From assembly GCA_038087875.1 (NCBI GenBank), contig JAXLNO010000110.1:248001-312000 (forward strand): a stretch of 64,000 nt of DNA, read 5' to 3'. The DNA is from Malacoraja senta (lineage: Eukaryota). Numbering within the stretch: position 1 is the stretch's first letter; every line of letters begins with the position of its first letter. This document shows, piece by piece, positions 27,826 through 39,334 of the stretch. The notes beneath the pieces are model-generated. The model ran no database searches. It had not been told where the DNA came from and worked only from the letters and a program-made list of their open reading frames with translations. The position numbers and the translations under genes are program-made.

Positions 27826-29322
27826 ATCAGAATCAGAATGCTTTATTGTCATTGCATGTGTCACATACAACGAAATTAATGTCTCTCCATTTAAAAGAAC
27901 TACAAACATTCACATACTCAAACTTTTTACACTCCCTCCCTCCCCAAACCCACCCATGGATTCACATTTACATAAATTAACACTGTCTCCCAAATCCCCT
28001 CCTTCCCCATAATCCGCTCCCGAGACAGAGTTCAGTTCCAAGATTGCTGATGGATAAAAGCTGTTCTTGAGTCTGGCAGTGCGTGACTTTAGCGACCTGT
28101 ACCCTTTTCCTGAGGGCAGCAGTGTGAAAAGGTGGTGACAAGGATGTGTAATGTCTTTCACGATATTACAGGTCCTGCTGCGGCATCTGGAGTGGTAAAT
28201 GTCCTCTAGAGGGGGCAGGGGGGAGTCCAATGATACCCTGGGCAGTTTTTATCACCCTCTGGAGAGCTGCTCTGTCAGCTGCTGAACAGTTCCCAAACCA
28301 GGCAGTTATGCAGTAAGTCAGTATGCTTTCTGCCGAACAGCGGTAGAAAGACTCCAGCAGTTTAGCAGACAGATGGGCCTTCCTCAGTGTTCTGAGGAAG
28401 TAAAGTCTCTGTTGCGCCTTTTTTGCAACTACAGCAGAGTTCACAGACCATTTAAGATCCTCACTGATGTTGATCCCCAGAAATTTAAAACTAGGCACCC
28501 TCTCCACCTCCTCGCCCCCTATCTCCAGTGGCCTGAGCTCCGCTCTATGTCGCCTGAAATCAGTGATGATCTCCTTTGTCTTTTTATTGTTCAGAGAGAG
28601 ATTGTTGTGAGCACACCACTCAGAAAGTCTATGCACCTCCTCTCTATAGGCGTCCTCGTTCCCATTTGAGACGAGCCCCACCACGGTTGTATCGTCCGCA
28701 AATTTTATGATCCTATTTGCGGGGTGATGGGGCAAGCAGTCATGTGTGTATAGGGCGTAGAGGAGCGGACTGAGCACACAGCCCTGCGGTGCTCCTGTGC
28801 TGAGGGTCAGGGATGTCGAGGTGTAGGGTCCAAGTCTCACCGTCTGTGGGCGTTCACTGAGAAGGTCCAATATCCACCGACACAGTTGACTGCTGAGGCC
28901 AAGGTCGAGCATTTTTGTGATCAGCTTGCTGGGTATGATTGCATTGAAAGCTGAGCTGTAATCAACAAAAAGCATCCTGACATATGACCCCTTGTCCTCT
29001 AGGTGTTGTAGTGCAACATGGAGGACAGTGTTTATGGCATCCTCTGGAGATCTATTAGCCCAATATGCATACTGGTGTGGGTCGAGTGAGGGGGGGGGAG
29101 AGATAAGTTAAGGTGACCTAGGACCAGCCTTTCAAAGCACTTGGAGACTACAGATGTAAGAGCAACGTGCCTGTAGTCATTGAGGGAAGTTGATGTTTGT
29201 CTGCTTGGGCACCGGGGATGATAGTGGTGGTTTTCAGGCACGTTGGCACGGAGGAGTGTGCTAGGGAAAGGTTAAAAATGTCTGTGAGTACCCCAGCGAG
29301 CTGGTGAGCAGTCCCGGAGCAC
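27826..29322 (-). mobile_element. Rex1/Babar-type LINE, 5'-truncated, inside a Helitron-like unit
   Basis: [52 protein letters not shown]; (ATTCTG)n tail. Confidence 0.88.
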
Positions 29323-29469
29323 CCTGCGCAGGCTCAGCTAGCGAGGGAGGGGAGGGCGGTAGAGATAGAGGGCAGAGAGAGAGAGGGGCAGAGAGAGAGG
29401 GCAGAGAGAGAGAGAGGAGAGAGAGAGGGCAGAGAGAGAGAGGGGGCACAGAGAGAGAGGGCAGAGAAG

Positions 29470-29510
<41 letters not shown>

Positions 29511-32227
29511 GGCAGAGAGAGAGAGGGGACACAGAGAGAGAGGGGGCACAGAGACAGAGGGCAGAGAGAGAGAGAGAGGGGGCAGAGACAGGGAGAGACG
29601 GGAGAGACAGGGAGAGGGCAGAGACGAAGAGGGATGCGGGCGGACGTGGACTTGAGGGGGGCGGGCGGTCAAGGACCCGAAGACCCCGAGCGAGGGGGGC
29701 GCGGCCGCTGTGAGTGGGCGGACGGGCGACGTCACTCGCAGCGCATGAACAGTGAGCAGCCATTGTGACGTCATCACGTCATCAGCCAAAGCCAGTCGGT
29801 TTTATTTTCTGTTCTTTCAGATTTTTGAACATTTTGATTAATAACTGGAGAAATAAAGCATTAATTTTTCTGATGTGGCAATTTCAGAGTCCACGGGATA
29901 AATCTCTACAGGAATATGTAACCGTTACGACCTCGTTTTTTCAAGCAGATGTGATTACACACACACACACACACATCCAAGATCAGAGTTTTAATAGTTA
30001 CTAGACCAAGGGGGACCTGTCCCCTCAATGCGTGGTTGCGTTGGGGGGAGAGGCAGCCTGCGGCGTCACACACACACTAACCGCCCTTGATATTGGAGAG
30101 AACCGGGTGGGGGGGAAGAGAGGGGGGAGAGGGGGGGCGGGATAGGGGGGGAGAGAGGAGAGGGGGAGGAGAGAGAGGGGGGAGGGGGGAGAGAGGCCGG
30201 GGGGAGAGAAGGGGGGCAAGAGGAGGGAGGGGAGGGGGGGAGAGGGGGAGCGGGAGGGGAAGGAGGGAGGAGAGGGAGGGGATAGAGGGAGGGGGAGAGA
30301 AGGGGAGAGAGGGGGTGAGAGGAGGAGGGGGAGAAGAGGAGGCAGAGAGGAGGGAGAGGAGGAGGGGGGTAGAGGAGGAGGAGGAGGGGGGGGAAAGGAG
30401 GAAGAGGGGGAGGAGAGAGAGGGGGAGGGGGAGAGAGGAGAGAGGCCAGGGGGGAGAGAAGGGGGCAAGAGGAGGGGGGAGAGAGGGGGGCGGGAGGGGG
30501 GAGGAAGGGGGAGAGGGAGGGGATAGAGGGAGGGGGAGAGAAGGGGAGAGAGGGGGTGAGAGGAGGAGGGGGTAGAGGAGGAGGAGGAGAGGAGGGGAGG
30601 GGTGCGTGTGGAAAACAGTGTGCAGCATCATCAGCTCGTTTATTTTCAAAGTTATTTCAGATTTGTGAAAATTTTCATAAAGAAGTCGAGAAATATAGCA
30701 TGAATTTTCAGATAAGGCGATTTTGGACTCCACGGGATAAAACTCTACAGGAATATGTAAAACTTTCACCGTTAGAGAGTCGTTTTTTCGAGCAGATGTG
30801 ATTATTCACACACACACACACACATCCAAGATCAGACTTTTAATAGTTACTAGACCGTGGGACCCATTGGGCCCCGTCCCCTCGGGTGTTGCGGGAGGGG
30901 GGGGGCGGCCTGCAGCGTCACACACACACTAACCACCCCCCCCACACACACACTAACCACCCCCATGGATATTATATTCATATTATTAATTTGCTCCTTT
31001 TACCCCATCCCGCCCTATCCACTCATGCATAGCCCCCAACTCACAGGCGCATCTAGAGAGGGAGAGGGAGGGGGGTAGAGAGAGAAGGGGCAGAGACACA
31101 AAGAGAGGGGCAGAGACACAGAGAGAGGGGCAGAGACACAGAGGGGCGGAGAGAGAGAGAGAGAGGGGGGCAGAGAGAGAGAGAGGGGGCAGAGAGAGAG
31201 GAGCAGAGAGAGCGAGAGATGGGCAGAGAGCGAGAGGAGCAGAGAGGGAGAGAGGGGCAGAGAGTGGGAGAGGGGCAGAGAGAGAGGAAGAGAAAGAGGC
31301 AGTGCGAGAGGGGCAGAGAGAGAGAGGGGGGAAAGAGAGAGGGGGGAGAGAGAGAGTGGGGGGGAGAGAGAGAGAGAGGCAGAGAGAGAGAGAGAGGACA
31401 AAGAGAGAGAGAGGTGCAGAGAGGGGGGCAGAGAGAGAGGGGCAGAGAGAGAGAGAGGGGCAGAGAGAGAGAGGCAGAGAGAGAGAGAGGGTCAGAGAGA
31501 GAGGGGGCAGAGTGAGGGGGGAAGAGGGGGGAGAGGAGGAGGGGGAGAGGAGGGAAGAGGGGGGATTGAGATGAAGGGGAGAGGAGGGGGAGAGAAAGAG
31601 GGGGGAGAGGAGGAAGGGGGGAGAGGAGGGGAGGGGGAGAGGAGGAGGGGGAGAGGAGGAGGGGGAGAGGAGGAAGGGAGTGGGGAGTGAGCAACGGGCA
31701 GCGGTGCGCGAGTCAACCAAAGGACTGTGTGTTAAGCGGCTTCAATCCAGAGCCCGGGGGTGGAGGGCAGCTAGGCTGCGGGCGGGGCCACGTCGTGCGG
31801 GCGGCGACCAAATTACTGCGTTTCGGGGGGTGATGTAACTTGCAGCGGGTGGAAAACAGTGCGCAGCGGGCCGCACGATACAGACCCATTGTGACATCAT
31901 CAGCTCGTTTATTTTCAAAGATATTTCAGTTTTGTGAACATTTTCATAAATAACAAGAAATAAAGCTCGAAATTTTCAGTGAAGCCGACTTCTGAAAACA
32001 CGGGATAAAACTGTGCAGGAATATGTTTAAATTTTACCGTTAGAGCGTCGTTTTTTCGAGCAGATGTGATTATTCACACACTCACACACACACACATACG
32101 AGATCAGAGTTTTAATAGTTACTAGACCAAGAGCAGACCCGTTGGGTCTGATGCCACAATGCACCCGTCCTTTGGTTGACACGCGCACCGCTGCCCACTC
32201 CCCACTCCCCGCTCCATACCTCCTCTC

Positions 32228-32416
32228 CTTTCTGTCCTGTGCCTCCTCCATTGTCAGAGTGAGGCCCAGCGCAAATTGGAGGAACAGCACCTCATATTTC
32301 GCTTGGGCAGCTTACACCCTAGCGGTATGAACATTGACTTCTCTAACTTCAAATTACCCCGGCATTCCCTCTCTCTCTGTCCCTCCCCCACCCAAGTCGC
32401 ACCAGCTTCTCGTTCT
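32228..32416 (+). mobile_element. Penelope-like element 3' region (GIY-YIG C-terminus), continued at 37035-37255
   Basis: Translates LLHCQSEAQRKLEEQHLIFRLGSLHPSGMNIDFSNF; resumes after the L1 at the duplicated GCTTCTCGTTCT. Confidence 0.75.
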
Positions 32417-35400
32417 TTTTTTAATTTTTATTTTTTATAAATATTTTTATTAGAAGCGAACATATTATAAAGTATAGTTACATATTATAGTAAAAAACAA
32501 CTTTTCATATACATCAATCATACATTAATAAAATTGTCAATTGTCGATTAATTCTGCTTCTAGTGGTTTTTTAATATAGATAGAAAGAGAGAAAAAGAGA
32601 GAAACAAGAATTACAAATATCAAAAAAGAGAAAAGGTGGAATGAGTTACTTATAATACGTCATTGGAGATAAGTTCGTAGATTATGAAGTATAATTTTTC
32701 ATCTAATCCTGAGTTCAAGCTTCAGTTGGGTTTTCGTGCTGGGCCCCATCTATCCCTTCAAATAGTTAATGAATGGAGCCCATATTTTAACAAAAAGTTC
32801 TTGTTTGTCCATTAAGACATGTCTAATTCTTTCTAGATGTAGGGTCTCCGACATTTCCACAATCCACATATTAATTGTGGGGGTTATAGGACCTTTCCAA
32901 AATTTTAATATTAATTTTTTCCCAGTTATTATACTGTAGTCAAGGAAGTTTCTTTGGCTTGTTGTGAGTGTTAAACTTTGTTCTGATATCCCAAGTATTA
33001 TTAATTTTGAGTCTGGATTTAGTATTAACAACTTCAGAAATTATTTCAAAAATATCAGTCCAGAAATTTTTAACTTTTGTACAATTTGCAAAAGTATGTG
33101 TTAAATTGGCCTCTAGATGCAGACATTTATCACAGATAGGAGAAATATGTGGGAAGATTCTATTTAGATTTATTTTGGAGTAATGTAATCTGTGTAAGAT
33201 TTTAAATTGTATTAAAGCATGTCTGGCATTTAACGAGCATTGATGTATATGTTGTAAACTTTCGTCCCAAATATCTTTCGTTATAGGATGACCTAACTCA
33301 TTTTCCCATGTGTGTCTATATAGTTCCATCAGTGGTACCTCGTTGTTTAAGAGGGTGTTATAAATATAAGCTATTAATTTTTCAGTGTTAGGATGCTTAT
33401 TCAAACATTCATCAAGAATTTCTGGTTCCCTAGTCCTATAAACTTGTGTATTAGATTTAACATAATCTATAATTTGTAGATATCTGAAGAAATTATTTGG
33501 GTGCAGTCCATGATTCTGTTGTAACTCTTGAAATGAAAGAAAGATGCCTTTCCTATAAAGATGTCCAATCTTTTTAATTCCATAATTTTTCCATTGTGTG
33601 AAACCTTTATCCAATATGGATGGCTTGAATAAAGGATTATTTACAATGGGAAGACATAGTGGTATATTATTCAGTTTTAAAGCTTTTTTTAATTGTTTCC
33701 AAATTCGTATTCCACTATGTATTATAGGGTTTTCCTTATAGGTTTTTTTATGCAGTTTTGTGGGAGCAAATATAATCGAACCAATTTCAAAAGGTAAACA
33801 GTCTTCCTTTTCCATAGTTAACCATTCTGGTTGTTGGTCCATTTCTTCCAGCCAGAAATTCATGTTTTTAATATTGACTGCCCAGAAATAAAATAAGAAA
33901 TTTGGCAAGGCCAAACCTCCATTGCTCTTTGACTTACATAAATGTTTTTTACTTATTCTATGATTCTTGTAATCCCAAATAAAGCTTGTAACAATGGAAT
34001 CGACTTTTTTGAAAAAAATGTTTGGGATATATATCGGAATTAATTGAAATAGGTACAGTAGTTGCGGTAAGAAGATCATTTTTATAGCATTAATTCTACC
34101 AAGCATTGAAATGGGAAGTGTTTTCCAGTGCTGAATATTCTTGTGTAATTTATTCAATAAGGGTGGAAAATTTAGTTTAAATAAAGAGGTATATGTCTTA
34201 GTTACGTAGATTCCTAAATATTTAAGTTTATCTTTAACTATTTTAAAAGGGGATTGTTGTAATGTATGTAAATTGAATTTTGTTATTGGCATGATTTTGC
34301 TTTTATTCCAGTTAATTCAATATCCTGAAAACTGACCAAATTGAGTTATTAGATTTAATAGATTTGGAATACTAGTTTCTAACTTTGTAATATATATTAG
34401 TACATCATCTGCATATAAAGAAATTGTATTCCTTGTGTCTCTAGTGTTGTACCCGTGTATTCCTGGATGGGTTCTAACGCTTTCTGCTAATGGTTCAATT
34501 GCAAGAGCAAATAATAGTGGGGACCATGAGCATCCTTGTCTGCAACCTCTAGAAAGATTAAATTTAGATGATAACATTTGGTTTGTTAATATTCTAGCTG
34601 TTGGGTTAGAGTATAACAGTTTAACCCATGTACAGTACTTCTCTCCCAGTTGGAATTTTTCCATCACCGAAAATAAATATGACCATTCTACCTGGTCAAA
34701 TGCTTTTTCAGCATCTAACGATAAAATTTCAAAGGAAAGTTGGAATGAACACTTATTAAACGTGCATAAATGCTCGATTAATGTAAGACACACTTTAATA
34801 CAATTTAAAATTTTACATAGATTATATTATTTGAAAACTAAAATTCATAAAATGTTCCCAAATGTATCATCTATTTGTGATAAATGTCAATCCCAAGAAG
34901 CTACCATAACGCACTCATTCGTTTCTTGTACAAAAATTCAAAAATTTTGGAATGAAATTTTTGAAATCTTTACAAAGTTATTTAAAACAAGACTGATACC
35001 CAAAGCAGAATGGATTATCTTCGGAATAACGGAAGATGGTCCAGAACTAAATGTGTTTCAAAAGAAACTAATGGACTATGGGTTAATAACTGGAAAAAAG
35101 CAAATTCTAAAATTTTTGGAAGAAGGCTCCAATACCAACTATAAATATGTGGATTTCAAATATGTTTGAAACATTACACCTAGAAGAGATAAGACTCCTC
35201 CTAGCAGGTAAACCAGATCACTTCTACCTGACGTGGTCTGCATTTATAGAATTATTACAAACATAGGGTGCAAAAGTACTTAAAAAAAAAATTGAGGTCA
35301 GGTAAGGGGGGATGATAGTTGAAGAGTTGGTATGTCCCATTTACGTAATGCTCATAAAAATATTTGTTTCTCTCTTTTTCCTCTTTCTCTCTTTCTTTCT

Positions 35401-37034
35401 TTCCTAGGGTCTATTTCTTAACTCTTTTTCTTTTGTTTTTAATTTTGCTCTTATAGGGTCTTCGTCCTTTTTTGTTGTCACATTTCCTACACTTTCACTT
35501 TTTCCTTCACTTTCTTCTTTCTTTCAATCTTTTCCTTTTCTAGTGTAAAAAATAAATGGAGTACATTAATTGTAAGAAGATATAAATGACAAGTACTAAT
35601 GTATGTGGTTGTAATGTAATGTACTTCTAATAAAATAATTTTTTTTTTAAAAAGCATCTAACGAAATAAGTGCTAGATCTGCATTAGGAATTCTATTTGT
35701 ATATATAATATTGAATAGTCTTCTCAGATTATAAAATGAGTAACGTTTTGGAATAAAACCTGTTTGGTCGGGGTGTATTAATTTGTTATTCACTAAACTC
35801 AATCTATGAGATAGGATTTTGGTTAATATTTTCTGATCAGTATTTAAGAGAGCTATTGCTCTATATGAAACTGGGTCTTCAAGACCCTTATCCGGTTTTG
35901 GTATAAGTATGATTGTAGATTCATTTAGAGTTTCTGGGAGTTTCTGTTGTGTATAACCGTATTTGTACAGTGTCTGTAGGCGTGGAGAAATCAGATCCTA
36001 AATTTTTAAATAAAATTCAGAGCTTAGACCATCAGGACCTGGGGCCTTTCCATTTTTTAAAGATCTAATTGACTCTTCGATGTCTTTTACCGTAATTTCA
36101 GCATCTAGCGATTCTCTCTCTTTCTGATCTAAACCCGTAAGATTACATTTCTGTAGAAATGTTTCCATTCCTGCTGTTTGTTCTGTCATTTTAGATGAGT
36201 ACAGTTTTTGATAGTATTGTAAAAATCTATCATTAATATCTTTAGGCAGTGTTAATATTTCTCCCTTGTCTGATCTAATTTTGTAAATTGTTTTCCCCCG
36301 TCCAGTTTACGAAGTTGACGCGCTATTAATTTTTGTGGTTTATCACCAAATTCAAAATGTAATTGTTTTGTATGTTGATAAAGTTTTATAACTTGGTCTG
36401 AGTATATCTTATTTAATTTATATTTCAGTACTGCAATTTTATTGTGTTTTACCATAGATGGTGCTGTTGCATTTTCTATGTCTAATTGCCTTATTTCCAT
36501 TTCCAATGTCTGTTGTTTTGGCCCTATTCTCTTTGTTAAGAAATGATTGGGAAGAGATTAATGCTCCTCGCACAAATGCTTTAAATGTTTCCCAAAGAAG
36601 GGAAGCAGAGATTCCAGGGCTATCATTAGCCTCAAAAAACATATTAATCTGTTTTACGAGGTAATCATTACATAGCTTTTCTTTTAAGATTTGGGGGTTT
36701 GTGACTGTGTCTCGGCCATTCCGTTTAGTTTAATCATGTTAGTGGAGCTTAATGTTGGTAGTATTAATATATGAGTTTAGAAATTCACTTGACTGAGATT
36801 TTAATTTTCTTTGAGTTTATGATCTATCCAAATAAGCATCCAGTGTACAATTTAAGTCTCCACCGATAATTACTCTAAGTTATGTTGTGTGCCATCCGGG
36901 ATAATGTTGAGTATTCTCTTAAAAAACAGGGGGCTATCAAAATTTGGTCCATACACATTAAGGAGTCACTTTTTTTGAGTATAACTCCCCTAATACAATA
37001 TATCTGCCTTCGATATCTTCTATCGTTGATATAT
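32417..37034 (-). mobile_element. L1-clade LINE ORF2, 5'-truncated and decayed
   Basis: KAPGPDG, SLDAEKAFD, RGCRQGC, LYADD, KYLGI, GGLALPN, C-terminal CxxC...H..C; A-rich tail; 12-bp TSD GCTTCTCGTTCT (32405-32416, 37035-37046). Confidence 0.92.
34722..35652 (+). mobile_element. L1 3' fragment nested antisense in the larger L1
   Basis: LIQFKILHRLY...CDKC...THSFVSC; AATAAA near 35629; TSD AGCATCTAACGA (34710-34721, 35653-35664). Confidence 0.88.
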
Positions 37035-37264
37035 GCTTCTCGTTCTCACCTAGCAAACAGCTAACAACGGCCTGCTTCATTTATCATCGTTACTTTTTTG
37101 CATATCTTTCATTAATTTGTTCTTTATCTCTCTACATCGTCTACATATCTCGTTTCTCTTTCCCCGTCTCTCAGCCTGAAGAAGTGTCTTGATCCGAAAT
37201 GTCGCCCATTCCTTCTCTCCAGAGACGCTGCCTGTCTCGCTGAGTTACTCCAGCAGAGTGTGGG

Positions 37265-37410
37265 GGTGGGGACAGGAACACCCAGGGAAAACCCACTCAG
37301 GTCACGGGGAGAGCCTGCAAACTCCATACAGACAGCACCCGTAGTCAGGATCGAACCCGGGTCTCCGGCGCTGTGAGGCAGCAACTCTACCGCTGCGCCA
37401 CCGTGCCGCC
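37265..37410 (-). mobile_element. tRNA-derived SINE head
   Basis: Reverse complement of GGGCGGCACGGTGGCGCAGCGGTAGAG...GGTTCGATCC. Confidence 0.85.
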
Positions 37411-38997
37411 CTTTCTAGTGACTCAAGAAATCTACTACAGATCCACCACCGATTTTCCGGCACCTTTGGTTCCAGAGCCTTTCTGGATTATCCGTTTTGC
37501 CGGGCCAACAGGGGTCACAGTCTCCAAGAACTGGCGCCCGGTCTCTCTCCTCAGCTAGCCTTTGCACGGGCATTGGCGAATCGCTTGAGACCCGTGCTGT
37601 CCCAAGTGATCCACCCGGACCAGTCCAACACAGTCCCGGGCCGATCCATCCAGGACAATATCCATCTGGTCCGGGACCTGATCCATCTGTCCCGGGGCTT
37701 GGCAGTCAGTCGCCTTTCTCTCCCTTGACCAGAAGGCGTTTGACAGGGTGGATCACGACTACCTACTTGGGACTCTGCAGGCGTTTGGATTTGGACTGTA
37801 CTTTGTGGCCCGAGTCCGGCTTTTGTACACTGCTGCGGAATGCCTTGTTAAGGTCAAAGGCCTCCATTCACTTTAGGAGGGGGGTTCGTCAGGGATGTCC
37901 CATGTCCGGCCAGCTGTATTCCATCTGTGTGGAGCCATTCCTGTGCCTTCTCCAGAGGTAGTTGACAGGCCTGGCTTTACCCAGGCTGGGGGTGGCGGTG
38001 GTTCTCTCGGCCCACGTCGATGATGTCCTTCTGATGTTCACCGACCCTGTTGACCTGCGGAGGATGCGTAGAGTGCCAGCAGGTTTTCTCGGCTGCATCC
38101 TCCGCCAGGATCAACTGGGGGAAGTGTTCTGGTCTCTTGATGGGTCAGTGGGAGGTGGACTCCCTGCCGGAGGAGATGACAGCTAATGCGTGGGGCACCA
38201 CACACCTCCTCTACCTGGGGGTCTACCTGAGTCCCACTGAGGGGGCTTGGCCAGCGAACTGGCAGGAGCTAGAGGCGAAAGACGTCGCCCAGCTGGGACG
38301 TTGGTCAGGCCTCCTTGGCGTGCTCTCTTACCGGGAGAGAGCATTGGTCATAAACCAGCTGGTGGCCTCTATGTTGTGGTACCGGCTGGCCACTCTGGTC
38401 CCGCCATCTTTATTTGTCACCATGGTCCAGAGGTTGGTGAACTTCTTCTGGGGAGAGTGGAATCATTGGGTCTCTGCTGGGGCTCTGAGACTCCCGTTAG
38501 AGGAGCAGTCAGGCGCTGGTTTGTGTCCGTACCCAGGTGGTGGCTCTCCGTCTCAGGACCATGCGGGGGTATATGATTCCGAGTGTCCTCCTAGATGGCT
38601 CGCGCTGGCGACGTACTTTTTCCGCCAGGGTTGCTGCCTCCAGGCGGGCACCCAGCTCCCGGTTGCGGGCAGCAGTCGACGCGCTAGGCGGGAGTTGCCT
38701 GGCTTTTATCGTGATCTACTTAAAGCCAGGAATCTGGTCACCTTCAGCCAGGGCGCTGCTCCACAGGGGGAGGGGGGGGTGTTGTGGCTGCGAGGGTGGC
38801 CAGTCCTCAACCTGTGACAGTGGGTATCGAGGAGAGGCGTGTGCGTGGAGCGACTCCGGCCGAGCTTACCCCCGCTCCGTCTGAATTGCTCATAGGGCGT
38901 TTGGCCAGGGTCACTTCCCGAGAGCCAGCCCCACATAACATAAGCCGCCTTTCAGAGATGCCCAGTGTAGCGTTCCGTGACACGGAGAGGCACGTAC
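37411..38997 (+). mobile_element. Tx1-clade LINE RT region, frameshifted
   Basis: KNWRPVSLL, KAFDRVDH, GVRQGCPMSGQLYSICVEPFL, SAHVDDV, YLGVYL, LVINQLVASMLWY. Confidence 0.85.
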
Positions 38998-39330
38998 CAA
39001 AGACCCTATAGCGGAGCAAGATAGACCACTCCTTCTAAATGCAATGGGCTGACGTAATCAATGTTGCGGGGGAACAGTTTGTGTTAATAAATTAAAATCC
39101 TGAAAAATTCGTGTTTTGTTGATAAAGTTGGCGTTATATTAATCTGATGACCGTTTGTTTGTAAAACTGTCAACATAGGCAGCCTTTGACCGAGTTAATA
39201 CTCTGTATGTTTATTTTCTGAATAAAAATATGTGTATAATAATTTTAAAAAGGAGTCCAACGGTGCCGGAATGTTCCGTCTCGGCCGCCGAGATACCCGC
39301 CCGCAATCAGTCTCGGACATTTGCGTCTAT
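38998..39330 (+). mobile_element. Left end of a P-like TIR element (related to 55567-57424)
   Basis: CAAAGACCCTATAGCGGAGCAAGATAGACCACTCC resembles the TIR at 55567; no right end seen. Confidence 0.55.
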
Positions 39331-39334
39331 CATT

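Larger units (their letters stand above)
24875..32225 (-). mobile_element. Head-to-tail array of ~7 non-autonomous Helitron-like elements
   Basis: Repeated junction TTTTAATAGTT-A-CTAGACC (CTAG at 25432, 30001, 30850, 32122; CTGG variant at 27340; free 3' end at 26299); on the minus strand a hairpin (e.g. CAGACCC-AAC-GGGTCTG, 32134-32150) lies ~8 nt before CTAG; conserved ~200-bp opposite end; no TSD. Confidence 0.72.

Noticed and set aside
26238..31720. Long Pro/Glu/Gly/Arg-rich ORFs
   Set aside because: Artefacts of GA-rich low-complexity DNA lacking stop codons.
24875..32225. CRISPR-like repeat-spacer array
   Set aside because: Eukaryotic context, units of 0.55-2.7 kb and no cas genes; better explained as Helitron-like tandem units.
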